Positions 1 to 12,960 of a stretch of 64,000 bases of DNA are shown here, piece by piece. Each line of letters starts with the position of its first letter. The first letter of the stretch is position 1. A model generated the notes under the pieces. It did not search any database. It was not told where the DNA came from and saw only the letters and a list, made by a program, of their open reading frames with translations. Source of the stretch: Octopus vulgaris. Lineage: Eukaryota. A program made the translations under genes and the position numbers. Where the stretch lies: positions 162,378,001-162,442,000 of the forward strand of contig OX597815.1 of NCBI GenBank assembly GCA_951406725.2. The letters are read 5' to 3'.

Positions 1-420
1 TTCATTCATTCATGCACGCTTATTCACTTACAACTTTCCTTTCATGCACACGTACTACAGACACACTTCTTATAAATACCTTACAAATGCCTCCATAAAA
101 CAAAAACAACAGCAAAAGAATCCGCATGCGCATTGGAGAATTCTACGGACGCTGTCAATACACGTGTTAGGTTGATGGTTCATTCAACAAATTAGATCAA
201 GCACCCTGCACAGCAGGATTTAATTTTACATTTCCTCTTATGTCTTACAGGTACCATCTTCATAGATCAGTGGTTCTCAACCATTTTTGGGGGTTTTTTG
301 GCCTATAAACTACTCTTAGAAACACAAAATACATGATATTATAGAAATATAAAATAAAATATCTTCACGTTGACTAAAGCCTTGCGAATATGTTTGGTAG
401 ACAGAAACAGAAAGAAGCCT

Positions 421-644
421 TTCTTAAAGGCGGTGAGCTGGCAGAAACGTTAGCACGCCGGGCGAAATGCATAGCCGTATTTCGTCTGCATTACGTTGTG
501 AGTTCAAATTCCGCCTAGGTCGACTTTGCCTTTTATCCTTTCGGGGTCGATTAAATAAGCACCAGTTACGCACTGGGGTCGATATAATCGACTTAATCCC
601 TTTGTCCCCTCTGTGTGTAGCCCCTTGTGAGCAGTAAAGAAATA
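421..644 (+). mobile_element. tRNA-derived SINE, family 1 (GGCGGYGAGCTGGCAGAA head), full length, with 18-bp TSD
   Basis: A-box-like GAGCTGGCAGAA and B-box-like GAGTTCAAATTCC; core TTTGCCTTTTATCCTTTCGGGGTCGAT; tail ...GCCCCTTGTGAGCAGTAAAGAAATA. Flanked by AGAAACAGAAAGAAGCCT at 403-420 and 645-662. Many copies in the window. Confidence 0.85.
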
Positions 645-670
645 AGAAACAGAAAGAAGCCTGTCGCGCA

Positions 671-872
671 AACGCATGTATATATACTCTTTTATTTGTT
701 TCAGTCATTTAGTCGAGCAAATCGATCCCAGGACTTATTCTTTGTAAGCCTAGTACTTATTCTATCGTTCTCTTTTGCCGAACTGCTAAGTTACGAGGAA
801 TAAACACACCAGCATCGGTTGTCAAGCGATGTTGGGGGCTCAAACACAAACACACAAACATATACAGGCATA

Positions 873-906
<34 letters not shown>

Positions 907-1105
907 CATATATATATTTATATATATACATACATATATACAATGGGCTTCTTTCAGTTTCCGTCTACCAAATCCACCCACAAGGCTTTGGTCGGCCTGG
1001 GACTATAGTAGAAGAATCTTGCCCAAGGTGCCACACAGTGGGGCTGAACTCGGAACCATCTGGTTCGTAAGCATGCTACTTACCACACAGCCTCTCCTGT
1101 GCCTA
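671..1105 (-). mobile_element. tRNA-derived SINE, family 2 (CACCTTGGGCAAG core, internal microsatellite)
   Basis: Reverse complement of the family seen at 2450-2820 and 36068-36470; internal (TACA)/(TA) repeat. Confidence 0.8.
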
Positions 1106-1109
1106 GTTG

Positions 1110-1260
1110 GAATTTACAAAAAAAAAAACAAAAACAAAATAAAAGACGAAGACGGATGTGTAAACAACAAACAGATATATTAGTTTAACGCACGGAAATG
1201 AGAAAGTTTTTTACGTTTCGAGCCTACGCTTTCAACAGAAAGGAACACAGAAATAAGCCG
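1110..1260. repeat. Dispersed repeat, possibly a Penelope-like terminal repeat; inverted copy at 29035-29187
   Basis: Shared block AAAAGACGAAGAC...TTTCGAGCCTACGCT...CAACAGAAAGGAACAC in both places. Confidence 0.5.
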
Positions 1261-1280
1261 AATATATTCATATACACATA

Positions 1281-1500
1281 TAAGGAGTCCTGAAAAGTTC
1301 CTGGCGTTAGGTACAAGAAAATACAGAAGGATCTGCTAATTATAATTTTATTCGACATATTTCCCTCTCAGTTCCACACACTTATTGCAGCGGTCCTTCA
1401 GTTTTTTTAAGCCCTGTAAAAGAACCCGGAAGGTTGGGCCTCCAACCGGGCCTTTCTTGACACCCTAAAGGCCAGGAACTTTTCAGCGCCTCCTCGCATA
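1281..1500. mobile_element. Tc1/mariner-type MITE
   Basis: Terminal inverted repeats CTGAAAAGTTCCTGGC / GCCAGGAACTTTTCAG; TA flanks. Confidence 0.6.
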
Positions 1501-1807
1501 TGTATTATGTATGTAGATATATATATATATGTATATAAAAATATAATATATGTGTATATATTAACTTGACAACCAATGTTGGTGTAAGTACATTTTATGT
1601 AGCGGTTCAGCAAATTAGGAACGATAGAATAAATATCAGGCTTTAAAAAAAAACAAGTACAGGAGCCGATTTGTTCGAATAAAACTGTTCAAAGAGATGC
1701 CCCAACGTGACCGCAGTCCAGTGTAAATAAATAAAAGCTAAAAGGAAAGATAAAAGATGAGCGGCATTTTATTCATTGTAAGCATTGTGTCTGTTGCAAG
1801 TTTTTAA

Positions 1808-2200
1808 TCTCTCTCTATACAAAGCTGAAGTTGTCTGTGTATGGCAGGTTTGGTAGCCTTCAACTAATACTATCTCCTCCGAGACCCTGCGGCGCAAGTT
1901 GACCAAAATTGAGAGTAGGATAGAAGAAGGCTTGCTCTTACTTCCGTAGAAGAAAAAATTCAAATCGGACCATGTAAACACCAAAAATTATTTACATCAA
2001 AAAGGTGCTTTTTTTGCTATGAAGATCCATATTTTTTACGATTTTCTAACTGCTGTGTCGCCATTTTTCGGTGTATTTCAACCAGAAAAATGTTCACTTA
2101 AAGAGAATAACAAGCTACATAATGCAAAATTTTTACTTTTCCAAAATTCCAATTCTAAAGGGTCGAAACAAACCCGAGCAACGCCGGGCGATACTGCTAG
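1808..2200 (+). mobile_element. Non-autonomous Helitron
   Basis: 5' TC after A; 3' GC hairpin CCCGAGCAACGCCGGG followed by CTAG then T. Near-identical second copy at 13465-13851. Confidence 0.8.
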
Positions 2201-2449
2201 TATATTATAATAGTGTTGTGGGTGACAAGATCATCTCTGCTCCAAAAGCAAAACGTTTGCGAGCTTTCGCTCGTTGGTAAGTGATCCGGATAAAGCAAAA
2301 TCCGAATAGATAAGACGTGAGGTTAAAGAATAACACACAATTTTACTTCCTCTCAAAAAAAGTTTCACTACTTTTCCATAAATTCATTATCGTGTTTGTG
2401 TCTATTTTGAGCTATATCACCACTCGATAGATCGTTGATGTTTTCCTAT

Positions 2450-2614
2450 AGGCGAAGGAGTGGCTGTGTGGTAAGTAGCTTGCTCATCAACCACATGGTT
2501 CCGGGTTCAGTCCCACTGCGTGGCACCTTGGGCAAGTGTCTTCTACAAAAGTTTCGGGCTGATCAAAGCCTTGTGAGTGGACTTGGTAGACGGAAACTGA
2601 AAAGAAGCCCGTAG

Positions 2615-2647
<33 letters not shown>

Positions 2648-2820
2648 GTGTATGTGTGTTTGTCCCCCAAGGTCGCTTGACAACCGAGGCTGGTGTGTTT
2701 ACGTCCCCGTAACTTAGTAGTACTAGACTTACAAAGAATAAGGCCTGGGGTCGATTTGCTCGACTAAAGGCGGTGCTCCAGCATGGCCGCAGTCAAATGA
2801 CTGAAACAAGTAAAAGAGTA
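2450..2820 (+). mobile_element. SINE family 2
   Basis: Head GGCTGTGTGGTAAG...GGTTCAGTCCC; CACCTTGGGCAAG; internal (TA)/(TG); tail GACTGAAACAAGTAAAAGA. Confidence 0.85.
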
Positions 2821-2934
2821 TAATTTAAAACCGTCTTCAGGTGTATTTTTCTCAAACGCATCCACCATCTGATGATCATTACTAGTAAATAACTGAATCG
2901 GACTTTTGAATCATTCTACTCAAAATTTCAACAT

Positions 2935-3097
2935 GAGTGCAAGTGTGGCTGTGTAGTAAGAAGCTTGCTTTCCAACTACATGGTTCCGAGTTCAGTCCCA
3001 CTGCTTGGCACCTTGGGCAAGTGTCTTCTACTATAGCTTCGGGTCGACCAAGGCTTTGTGAGTGGATTTGGTAGACGGAAACTGAAAGAAGCCCGTC

Positions 3098-3146
<49 letters not shown>

Positions 3147-3360
3147 AGTCTGCGTTTGTCCTCCATCACCGCTTGACAATCGGTGTTGGTGTGTTTACGT
3201 CCCCGTAACTTAGCGGTTCAGCAAAAATTACTGATAGAATAAGTACTAGGCTTTTAAAAAGTCCTGAGGTTGATTTGTTCGTCTAAAACCCCTTAATGCA
3301 ATGCTCCAGCATGGCCGCAGTCAAATGACTGAAACAAGTAAAAGAACAAAAGAATAAAAG
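2935..3360 (+). mobile_element. SINE family 2
   Basis: Same structure with internal (TG)n. Confidence 0.85.
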
Positions 3361-3837
3361 AATACACACACACACACACTCACACGTTGTTTTACAGTTC
3401 ACAGTCAATGGTAGCCAGACATGTCCCATATTAATTTTGAATAGCCTTGAAATGAAAACAGTAACATGCTCTCTCAAGGTATATAATTACTGCTTTCTCG
3501 TAATTGTTTGTTCAGCAAATTTTGAAATTTATCTGGAAATAAAATATATCGTACCAGCCAGCAAGCAGCTGTCCATCAACTCGTTTGCTATTCAATTTAC
3601 TATTCAGAAATTATGTAAACTAAAGTGTGACAACGTCTGTGGCACTTTAGAGCGGTATTGTAAAATTTCTGAATAAGATCAGTTTTGATAGTCATTGATT
3701 TGTATTTTAACACAGCGCTGAGAGTTGATGGACGGTTACTGTCCGGTCAATGGGTCGCGTCAAGAAGCGAAAGAACAGTTGTCCTAGTTTGAGCAAATGA
3801 AAACTAGGGTTAGGTACGAATGTAAGGTGATAATAAA

Positions 3838-4060
3838 TAATCCTTTCAACTGGAAGCACAAGGCCTCAAATTTGGGGGAAGGGATTAAGTCGATCACATC
3901 GCCCCCCGCCCCAGTATTTCTCTGGTACTTATTTAATCGACCCCGAAAGGATGAAAGGTAAAGTCGCCCTCTGCGGAATTTGAACTCAGAACGTGAAGAC
4001 GGACGAAATACTACAAAGCATTTTGCCCGGCGTGCTAACGATTCTGCCAGCTCACCGCCT
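3838..4060 (-). mobile_element. SINE family 1, (AAT)-tailed subfamily
   Basis: Reverse complement of the family-1 head and core; tail GGCCTTGTGCTTCCAGTTGAAAGGATTATT. Confidence 0.8.
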
Positions 4061-4967
4061 TAGGTGGTAATAGATAATGGGGGCGATATGCACATTCGCC
4101 ACCGCTGTCTAATATTTCAAGGATAGCTTCCACTCAGCTACTAGGCACCCTGCTCATAACTTCACACTTGTTCCTATCTACTTAGAGATTCGGATCAAAT
4201 CAATCCGTCAAGTAGTTTAACAGAGTCATCTCATTCAGCGCTCCACGATGCTGATTCACGGCATAGACTTACCTCTTCAGGTGCCGTGCTGTAAACTCGC
4301 CGGCTTTCACTGGTTAATATTTTTGTTCTTGTCCACGTTTCGTATTCCTTTGCAAAACGAGAACAACAACAATAACAACAACAACACTTTGGCTACGCAA
4401 TTAAATTTTATAGTCATTTCTGTAATGAGGATAATTATCTACCAAAAATTCGCATTGATATTTTCTGCTTCTGCAACAATTTTTCGTTATCTCTTGTTGG
4501 TACAGTTTCCATATTCACCACCAAAAGTATTTGAGTCTTGCTACGTAAAGAGATATTTAATGAAATAAGTGGCAGTGGGGACGGGGTTAAAAAATCTGAA
4601 AAATTGTCTTTTGTAAAAATTATCACGGGGATTGTTTCTCCCCTTTTCGCAGCACAAAGAGAAGTTTTTGTTTTCAAAGTCGTGGGGGGCAAAACGGCTT
4701 TCCATACTTAATGGTAATAAATTTTTTAGCGGATGTATCTGCTTTCTGCGTTCAAACGGGAGTGGTAAAGCCAAATCGAGTGCTGAATTCAAAATGTGCA
4801 GCAAAGCAATATTGAGTGATGAGTAAAAAAGACCTGAACTATTTGAGTGTCTACTGATATTCATTTGTAAATGATTCACAATGTTATGGCTATAGATTAT
4901 TTTTTTTCTTTGAATGTGTCATTTTAAAGACTGTAGGGTCTGATTGATAGATCGAATATATATGTAA

Positions 4968-5014
<47 letters not shown>

Positions 5015-5708
5015 CCTTAAGTTAGTTAAAATATGTTTGGGACATATTTTAACTTCTGAAGGCAAATTCACTGCAGTTACTGAAAAGAAAAAATCCTCTC
5101 TTATGACAAAAGATGTAAAAACACTATATCTGCCCAGTGCTTCCTTCTAGCGGGCTCCCAGATGCATTCTGGCTGTGTGTGTGTGTGTGTGGGTAGTATA
5201 GTAGTATAAGATATGGATTCAGAGAATCATACGACTATCACAGTGTTAAATTGTTGGTGATCTGATGAGCTAGCTTTCTTTATTTGCTTTAATTTGTGAA
5301 TATACATTCGCATAATATTGAGCATATTTATCAATGCAACGATGTGTGCATAATTTTTCCATGCTGAAATTAATATTACATTAAGGTTGCGAAACGGCTG
5401 TAACTCTATGGAAGTCATGTGTTTAAATTATATATTCATCTCTCATACCACTTAACTTTATCGTTTATACATATATATATATTATATGACAGGTTTTCGT
5501 ACAGTTTCTATCTACCAAATTTCACCTCACATTGGTCCAGGTGGCGCTAGGCTTGGTCGAAGATATTCACCAAAGTATCACGAAGTGGAATAGAACATGA
5601 AACTACATGGTTGCGAAACGCGAACCTCCTAATCACACAGCCATGCCTGCGCCTACAAACATAACTTCTCACTAAAATGGTGTAGTATCTTGTTTCTCTG
5701 TCTGTCTG

Positions 5709-5713
<5 letters not shown>

Positions 5714-5770
<57 letters not shown>
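5714..5770. repeat. (CT)n microsatellite
   Basis: Read directly. Confidence 0.95.
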
Positions 5771-5773
<3 letters not shown>

Positions 5774-6559
5774 CACTTACGTTTTGTCTCTCCACTGAAT
5801 TTTTACATTATGTTCACAAGGTTTATTTTCGGAATCACGGGAAAAAAAAAAGTCGCAGGCAAACTTCAATAAATAAATGACTGATTTAAAGTTTCATTGT
5901 TTTATTTCAGATAATGAGTAAATCGTGATCTATTTTCCCACATAGATGTAGTGCTATTATATAAATTTCTCGTTATTGTGTGCACGTCTTCTATTGTCAG
6001 TTAATAACCAGCTTAAAGATTTTTTTTTCTTCAATTTCTTTAATTAATATCATTGTGCTGGTGTGTCGTACTTGTGAAAAATCCAAAGGTGATGATAAAC
6101 TTTCAGTTTTGTGCTTAATTCCTTGCAGTAAATTGAATTGAAACGAATTAATTAAATAAAATGTTCCTCTCTATCATTTCATGAATTAATAAAACATACA
6201 TAGAAATATGTATGTGTATGCAATTTATATGATGTAGTTATAACTCCTGTATAATAGTATTCAGTATTCAGCTTAACTAAACGACCTTCAAGTGTTCCTA
6301 TGAAATATAGTGATATGTCTAATCATTATTTCTACACATTTCAGGCATTGAATGTACTATAGCAGTTGTCTTTGATGTGCATGTCAAAGAGACGGACAAA
6401 CAGAGAGAAAGAAGAGACACTGCTATTTATATTAATAGATTCGAAGAAAATATAACGTTTTTACTTGTCACTTTTCCTCCTAGTCACAACTGTGACTTTT
6501 TTTTTGTCTTCGGTGATTTTGTCCTTGTTCATTTGTTTTTGTATGTTATTTGCTTAGTG

Positions 6560-6806
6560 CAGGGGTCGGTAAACCGGGGTAAATTACCCTAATCGGGGAA
6601 AAAAGGAAATTCTTGGGGGTAATGAGGACTCGTTAGACATGAGTAAAATTATATAAAAAAAACCTGTTCTTTCAAGAAACCTTTTGAATTTAAAGAATCT
6701 ATGATTTTCTTCCTTTCAAATCATCCGGGGTAAATAAATATTGGGTAAATATCGGGGTAAATAAATATATTTTGGGGTAATTGGTTAAAAAAGTTCCCGA
6801 TCCATG
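6560..6806. mobile_element. hAT-type MITE with 8-bp TSD
   Basis: Imperfect TIRs CAGGGGTCGGTAAAC / GTTCCCGATCCATG; TSD GCTTAGTG at 6552-6559 and 6807-6814; internal GGGGTAAAT subrepeats. Confidence 0.75.
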
Positions 6807-7065
6807 GCTTAGTGCAATGTAGTGAAAGCCGTTTATTGTGATCTCATTGGGGTGGAAATTTTAGATAAAAGTAAGTTATTGATAACATTAAGCAGAGGAT
6901 CTAACAATGGCCTGTGCGTGATTTAGAGTCATCAAGTTACATGACAACAGTTTGAAAACAGTAACAGTGATTATGTGGTATTTTCTGTATTACTTACCAG
7001 AGTTACTAGAATGGATTGTAAATAGCTGACTACTAAACTTTTCATGACCTCACACTGTAGCTGCT

Positions 7066-7067
7066 GT

Positions 7068-7098
<31 letters not shown>

Positions 7099-7121
7099 GC
7101 TGCTGCTGCCGCTGCTGCTGT

Positions 7122-7207
<86 letters not shown>

Positions 7208-7237
7208 TTACTACTACTACTATTGCTGCTGCTGTTG

Positions 7238-7286
<49 letters not shown>
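7066..7286. repeat. Compound (TAC)n/(TGC)n microsatellite
   Basis: Read directly. Confidence 0.95.
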
Positions 7287-8507
7287 ACATCTTTATATTT
7301 TACTTGTTTCAATCATTGAATCGCAATCATGCTGGTGCACCGCATTGAAGAGTTTGAGCAAATCGACTCTGTTTCTTATTTTTAAAGTCTGATATTTATT
7401 CCATGCTTAACGTGCAGTTTACCGTCGTAAAATACTGAAATGAAAGAATTTTGCGATAGAAGCATAAATTGACGTTGATATACCAAAATTCCATAAAATA
7501 CATTTGATATCCAATGGTTGGGCTCCCTGTCTGGGTCACGGCAACTTAAGTTGTCATAAGTTGTCAAACATTCACTTAATTTTGCTGATCCACACGATGA
7601 CAACTTCCATACACAGAATATAGAAGGGTAATGGATACCCACCAAGAAGAAAATTAGATAACAATATGAAAATAGTGATGTTTTATTTACATCGTATTTT
7701 CATAAGTATGTGTGGCGAAACAGATGTAGAGATTGTAACAAGAAAGTTTTTTTATGTTATGGAACATAATTTATTTGTTTTATTAATAGGTGTTGTGGAA
7801 GGATCCGGAACACCCCCACGTGACTGAAAGTGGACAACGGGTTTCAATAAATAAGAACTGTGTGAATTGTCAAGGAGGTGACAATGTTGGTGGACCGTAT
7901 TGGTTACTGTGTCAGTGCGACGTAGTACAGTCAGTTCGAGTAGTACAGAGTACGTTGTGTAAACATTATAATTCTGCGATAGGTTATTTTAGATAACCAC
8001 ATACAAATATTTATCTATTTTACACCCGACGTGTACACGCACATCATAAGAATAGGGTAGGTGTTCATACAATACAAGTGAAACAAATATTCAGATGAAG
8101 CAACGTATATGACATGTGCAGAAAGACTTTGTTAGAAATTCAACATTGGGCTAACTTTTACACATCAATACATATTCATGGTGCTGTGGTGTGTCTTCTT
8201 CGATCGTTCAAAGATGAATATGCAGTGTGAAAACAGCTATGAAGAGAGTGAACGCCAACTCGAATCGAATCACTCTGAAATTTTGGCGCTCAACGTGTCT
8301 ATATATGTAGGCAATGCTCACAGAAAGTTCTAGTTAGACCATCGAACTAATACGTGAACAATGGCCGTACATTGGATAAAATTTTAGTTGTGCGACAGAT
8401 TGAATTGTGATTTCTTTGTGGCAAAGCGTGGGATTGGATCCAATACTATAAAGTCATGAAAAATTTGCGAATTTCATAATCTCATTTCGTACATCAATAA
8501 CTGTTAG

Positions 8508-8713
8508 TTTGTTGTGTCTAGGAGAATCATTCTCTCTTAGTGCCTTATTATTTAACACTCTCACCAGTAAAGTTTCCACTCATTTACTTATTTATTTTTC
8601 TAAAATTTTAGAAAATTTTAGAAAAATAAATAAGTAAATGAGTGGAAACTTTACCGGTGAATGTGTTAAATAATAAGGCACTAAAAGAGAATGCCTCTCC
8701 CAGACTTAACAAA
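8508..8713. repeat. ~205-bp near-perfect palindrome (fold-back or collapsed MITE)
   Basis: TTAGTGCCTTATTATTTAACAC...CACTCATTTACTTATTTATTTTTCTAAAATTTT mirrored by AAAATTTTAGAAAAATAAATAAGTAAATGAGTG...GTGTTAAATAATAAGGCACTAA. Confidence 0.9.
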
Positions 8714-9157
8714 ATATGCTTCAACACACGAACTCACATAAAGATTCTTGCAAACCAAATCTAAAAATGAAATGACTTAGGTTTTCCCATAAATATGACT
8801 CTTTTAAGCTTATATAAAACATATACAGTTTTCACGATATATTAAACATAGGTACGTCAAGAGGTAGAGATTAGACGTGGAAGAGGCAAAGAGCGACTCG
8901 CACTTCCTCGCCCCAACCAACCCTCCCTTGCGATAAATGCCCCCCAGATCTTGTATTCCGCCCTTGGCCTGAACAGCCACCTCAGGCACCAGCACCCTTC
9001 GCATCCATCAGGATGAAGATGTTTACTCACTCCCTATAGACTTATTACCCTGATACGAGTTAATGCTGACGATATTTATGTATTGGATACATTGGCATGT
9101 CACATGGTGTTTATATGAAATTACGAGATATCTCTGGCGTCACTTCCGGTTTCTATC

Positions 9158-9576
9158 GTTAGTTTAGTTAGTTAGTTAGTTAATTTGGCTCAAAAGCAAA
9201 TAGCAAGGCCATGTAGGGGGACATGGAGTTAAGTACAGGGTGGTGTTCATGTAAAGAGTTCAGGCCACTTGAGGTCCAGGGAGGCTTTGAACAAAGCGGT
9301 CGTCGGCATCTTCACCATCTCGTCTGGCAGCTTGTTCCACGGATCCGCAACCCGGACGGAGAAAGCTCCTCTCCTTCGATTGAGATGAAATCGTCGCAGG
9401 TAGAGCTTTTCGGAATGACCCCGCAGCCGACGCTCCGGAGCAGGAGTGAAGAACAGCTCTTTCGAGAGGTTACACTTCCCGCTTATGATGTTGTGGGCGA
9501 GAATGAGATCACCACGGCGGCGGCGTTTTTCAAGAGAATAAAGGTCGAGCGTCCTCAGCCTTTCTTCGTAGGACAA
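9158..9576 (-). mobile_element. CR1-clade LINE, 5'-truncated 3' end (copy 1)
   Basis: ORF 9247-9576 is identical in protein to the C-terminus of the RT ORF at 55968-57203; (TAAC)n tail. Confidence 0.92.
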
Positions 9577-10479
9577 CCTATTCTATCAGTCTCTTTGCCG
9601 AACCACTAAGTTATATGAACGTAAACAAACCAACACTTGTTGTCAAGCAGTGGTGGGAGACAAAAACAAACACATAGATCCGCTTACGAAGATTTCGTTG
9701 ACCCGAGCTATAATAGTAGACACTTGTTGATAGTGTCACATAGACTGAACCTGGAACCATTTGGTTGAGAAGCAAACTTCTTACCATACAGCCACACTTG
9801 CATCTACAAGCTGGAAAAGAATTTTGCAGACACGTTTCTAACATTGCTTTTTGGTACAAGGCAAGCAATTTCGATGGTGTTCAAATGATACTTATTTTAT
9901 CGACCCCGAAGGGGCGAACAACAAAGTCGACCTCGGCGGAATTTGAACTCAGAACACAAAGTCAGATGGAATGCCGTTGAAAATTTTACCTATTGTGCAA
10001 AACGATTCTGCCAGCTTGAAGCCTTAGGCTTTTTCTAATATTGCAACAGAATTATAGGAATGATTGGTTGAACCGTAGACAAGGTCATGTGTGTAACTAG
10101 AGTTTCAAATGGATGAGAGCAATCACTGTGCACGACCTTCTTCCACAACATTGCGAGAACTGTGGTCCGTGGAAATTCTAGCCTGACCATTCCTAAAGTT
10201 ACTGAAGAAGTACGCATCTATCTTTACGGCATTTCGGTAGGCCTTAGAAATGCTTGGCTGTGCCCATTTATTCTCCAAGCATTCAGTCCCTCATTAGGTT
10301 TAGCCTCCAAGCAGTGCAGTTACCAGAGTGTGGCTGAGAATGATCTCGGAGCCAAAAGAGAGAGTTAAGTGAGACCAGTGTAGCCGTCCATCCCTCAGGA
10401 TGCATCATTTTGGCGCTAAACTCATGAACAAAAAGAGAACCGAGCCACGGTCAGTCAGAAACTTATGGTTCGAATACAG

Positions 10480-11045
10480 CTGAAAACTCTGTGGAAAGTG
10501 TCATACAAGATGACTAAACGTGGGTGTGCGGCCCACGATGTTGAAACAAAAAGATAATCATCCCAGTGGATTAGATCATCGTCGCCGCGACCAAAATAGA
10601 TAAATGAATACATAAATAAAAGTACAAAGTCGCTCAAGTGCGATGGTTATGTTTGTAGTCTTTATTGATTGGAAGAGCCTCATTCATCATAAGTTTCTTC
10701 CATGTTCACAGACGATCAGTGAAGATTTGGATGTTCGGAAGAGTTTGAGAAGCCTGATTCATGGACAAACAAAACCTGGATGTCGTACGTCAACGCATTT
10801 CCTTTATGTTCCCAATGTTCAAATACAGATTAAAAGACCGCCGATTTTAGATCACAGAAAATTCACTGAGAGAATGGTATACTACTTTTAGAAATGCAAT
10901 CCAAATTAGAGGGTAGGCGTGTGCTAAAAGCATCTGAACAAAAGTAGAAGGAACTATTTTGAAAGAAACAAATTTGATTAAATTTTAAATAAGGCAGTAA
11001 GTGCGTTCTTTAAAATGTCCGATTTCTTTCTTGACCGACCGCATA
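10480..11045 (+). mobile_element. Degenerate mariner transposase relic
   Basis: Remnants WVCG.DVETKR*SSQW...SPRPK and VMFVVFIDWKSLIHHKFLPCSQTI resemble the N-terminal part of the mariner catalytic domain; stops and frameshifts. Confidence 0.6.
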
Positions 11046-11809
11046 TATACTTGGAAATCCTATTAGAATTTCAATTATATATTGTCTGTTGTAAAACAGA
11101 AAAGATGTAAAGACGTTTGGAGAGTGGAATTACCACTAAGATCAACTGTAATATCTTTTAAATACCATGAGACTGGACGGCTAGACAAGTAAGTATTAAT
11201 GGATTAAACGTTGGAAATCCACAAATGAAATTGTGTAAAGATTTCAGAAGAAAGAACAGTAATTAGATATCATAGAGAGTTTTAGCTATTAATTCTTCAA
11301 AATGTCACATATTATCACTTAACATTACAGAAAGGTTGAAGCAGTTGAAATTAGATTCTTATTTTACAAGATACACTAGCATACTACTCAATGGTAAGTT
11401 TAATGAATCATAGTTTTTGATGTATACATTGGTAGCCGTACATTTATTACTGAAATATATATATTACACCTATTACTACCTACTGTTCCTCGTTTCCAGT
11501 ATCAGGAAACTAATCCCCGTATCTCCACTACAGGTGATAATTAATAGATATCCTTGTAGGTTTTCCAGCTATTTATATATTAGTAGATGCCGAATTCCCA
11601 CTACTTTTCATAACTAGAATATAATACAGTGGGGGTCATTACATACGAACATAATCCATTTCGGGGCCCTGTTCGTCAACCAAATTGTTTGTTACATGAT
11701 TCATTAAAATACGTATAAATAGATGTAATGCGTTCCAAGCCACACCAAAACTCCACATAAAGGCATGCAATGATGCTTTATTTGTTCATAAATTTATATA
11801 TGTATGCAT

Positions 11810-12025
11810 TTTGTATTTTCAAAGTTATTTCGTGTTAATGCTGTCGTATTTCGGTAATTTCAACCAACCAATGATGTGTATTCAGCTGAATAAAATTACT
11901 GCCGTTGCTTGTCAACAACAACAATCGGCGGTGTATATTTCGTTTGTCACTGTTATTTATGACATCGTTCGTGCATTTGTACTGGTTTTAATTTCTCGAT
12001 CTGCCTTTCAAAAGGAAAAGATCCG
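11810..12025. mobile_element. Merlin-like MITE family 2, right half
   Basis: Ends CTGCCTTTCAAAAGGAAAAGATCC, the inverse of the start GGATCTTTTCCCTTTCAACGGCAG at 27090; internal identity with 27218-27470. Confidence 0.6.
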
Positions 12026-12874
12026 ATTATTAGACCTACTTATTTAAAGGAGAGCTTCAGTTTCTCCGGATCTTAACTACTTGAACTGAATCGCATAACC
12101 AACCATTCAAAACCAATCTCATACACAATAGCAAAAAGGATCGACTCCACTTCTGGCTTCGAGTACACGTGTGCAGGTGAAAGTTTCCTCTTTTATATTT
12201 TGTTAACCAGTTTGTTGTTTGTATCCATACTATACACAACTACCTTCTTACAAACGAATTAAAGTCTACGAGTTAATGCCCCCGACGAGACACGAGTAAT
12301 TTCTACGAGACTTGACGGGTGGACGAATTTAAGGGATCTCACGGGTCTAGGGGTTCAATTCTGATCTATGTATGCTATGTTTTACTGCCAATAAATGAAT
12401 GATATAGAGCCCGGAGTATTAATTTGCCCGGGATCTAATATTGATGTTAAGAAGGCCCTGGACGAATGAGCTCTACGTCGAGTCAACCCTGGCTAAGGAT
12501 ATACAGAAATACATACAAACATATTCATACACACAAGCATATATCCATACATACCTGCATACATACATGCATGCATACATACATACATACATACATACGT
12601 ACGTACGCACAATACAAAATGGGACAAGAACGCAAAACGGGACAACAAAACATCCAGATAGACAATACAAAAAAAAAAACACGGACAGGTCATTCGAAGC
12701 CTTTTATCTTCAGTCAAGAACCGGATCATCCTCGCAATTTCGGCTGATTAATCTTGAGATTGCTCCAATCTGGCCAGCCCCAAGGAAAAACTAAGCTAAG
12801 AGCATTAGATTCCTTGGAAAAAAGCTTCGAATGTATACGAAACAAAGACGGAAAAACAGACGATGCATACGTTC

Positions 12875-12960
12875 ATACATACATACATACATACATACAT
12901 ACATACATACATACATACATACATACATACATACATACATACATACATACATACATACAT
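12875..12960. repeat. (TACA)n microsatellite
   Basis: Read directly. Confidence 0.95.

Noticed and set aside
9151-9587. TTCTATC as TSD of CR1 copy 1
   Set aside because: The second occurrence is not adjacent to the LINE end and the two flanks belong to different repeats.
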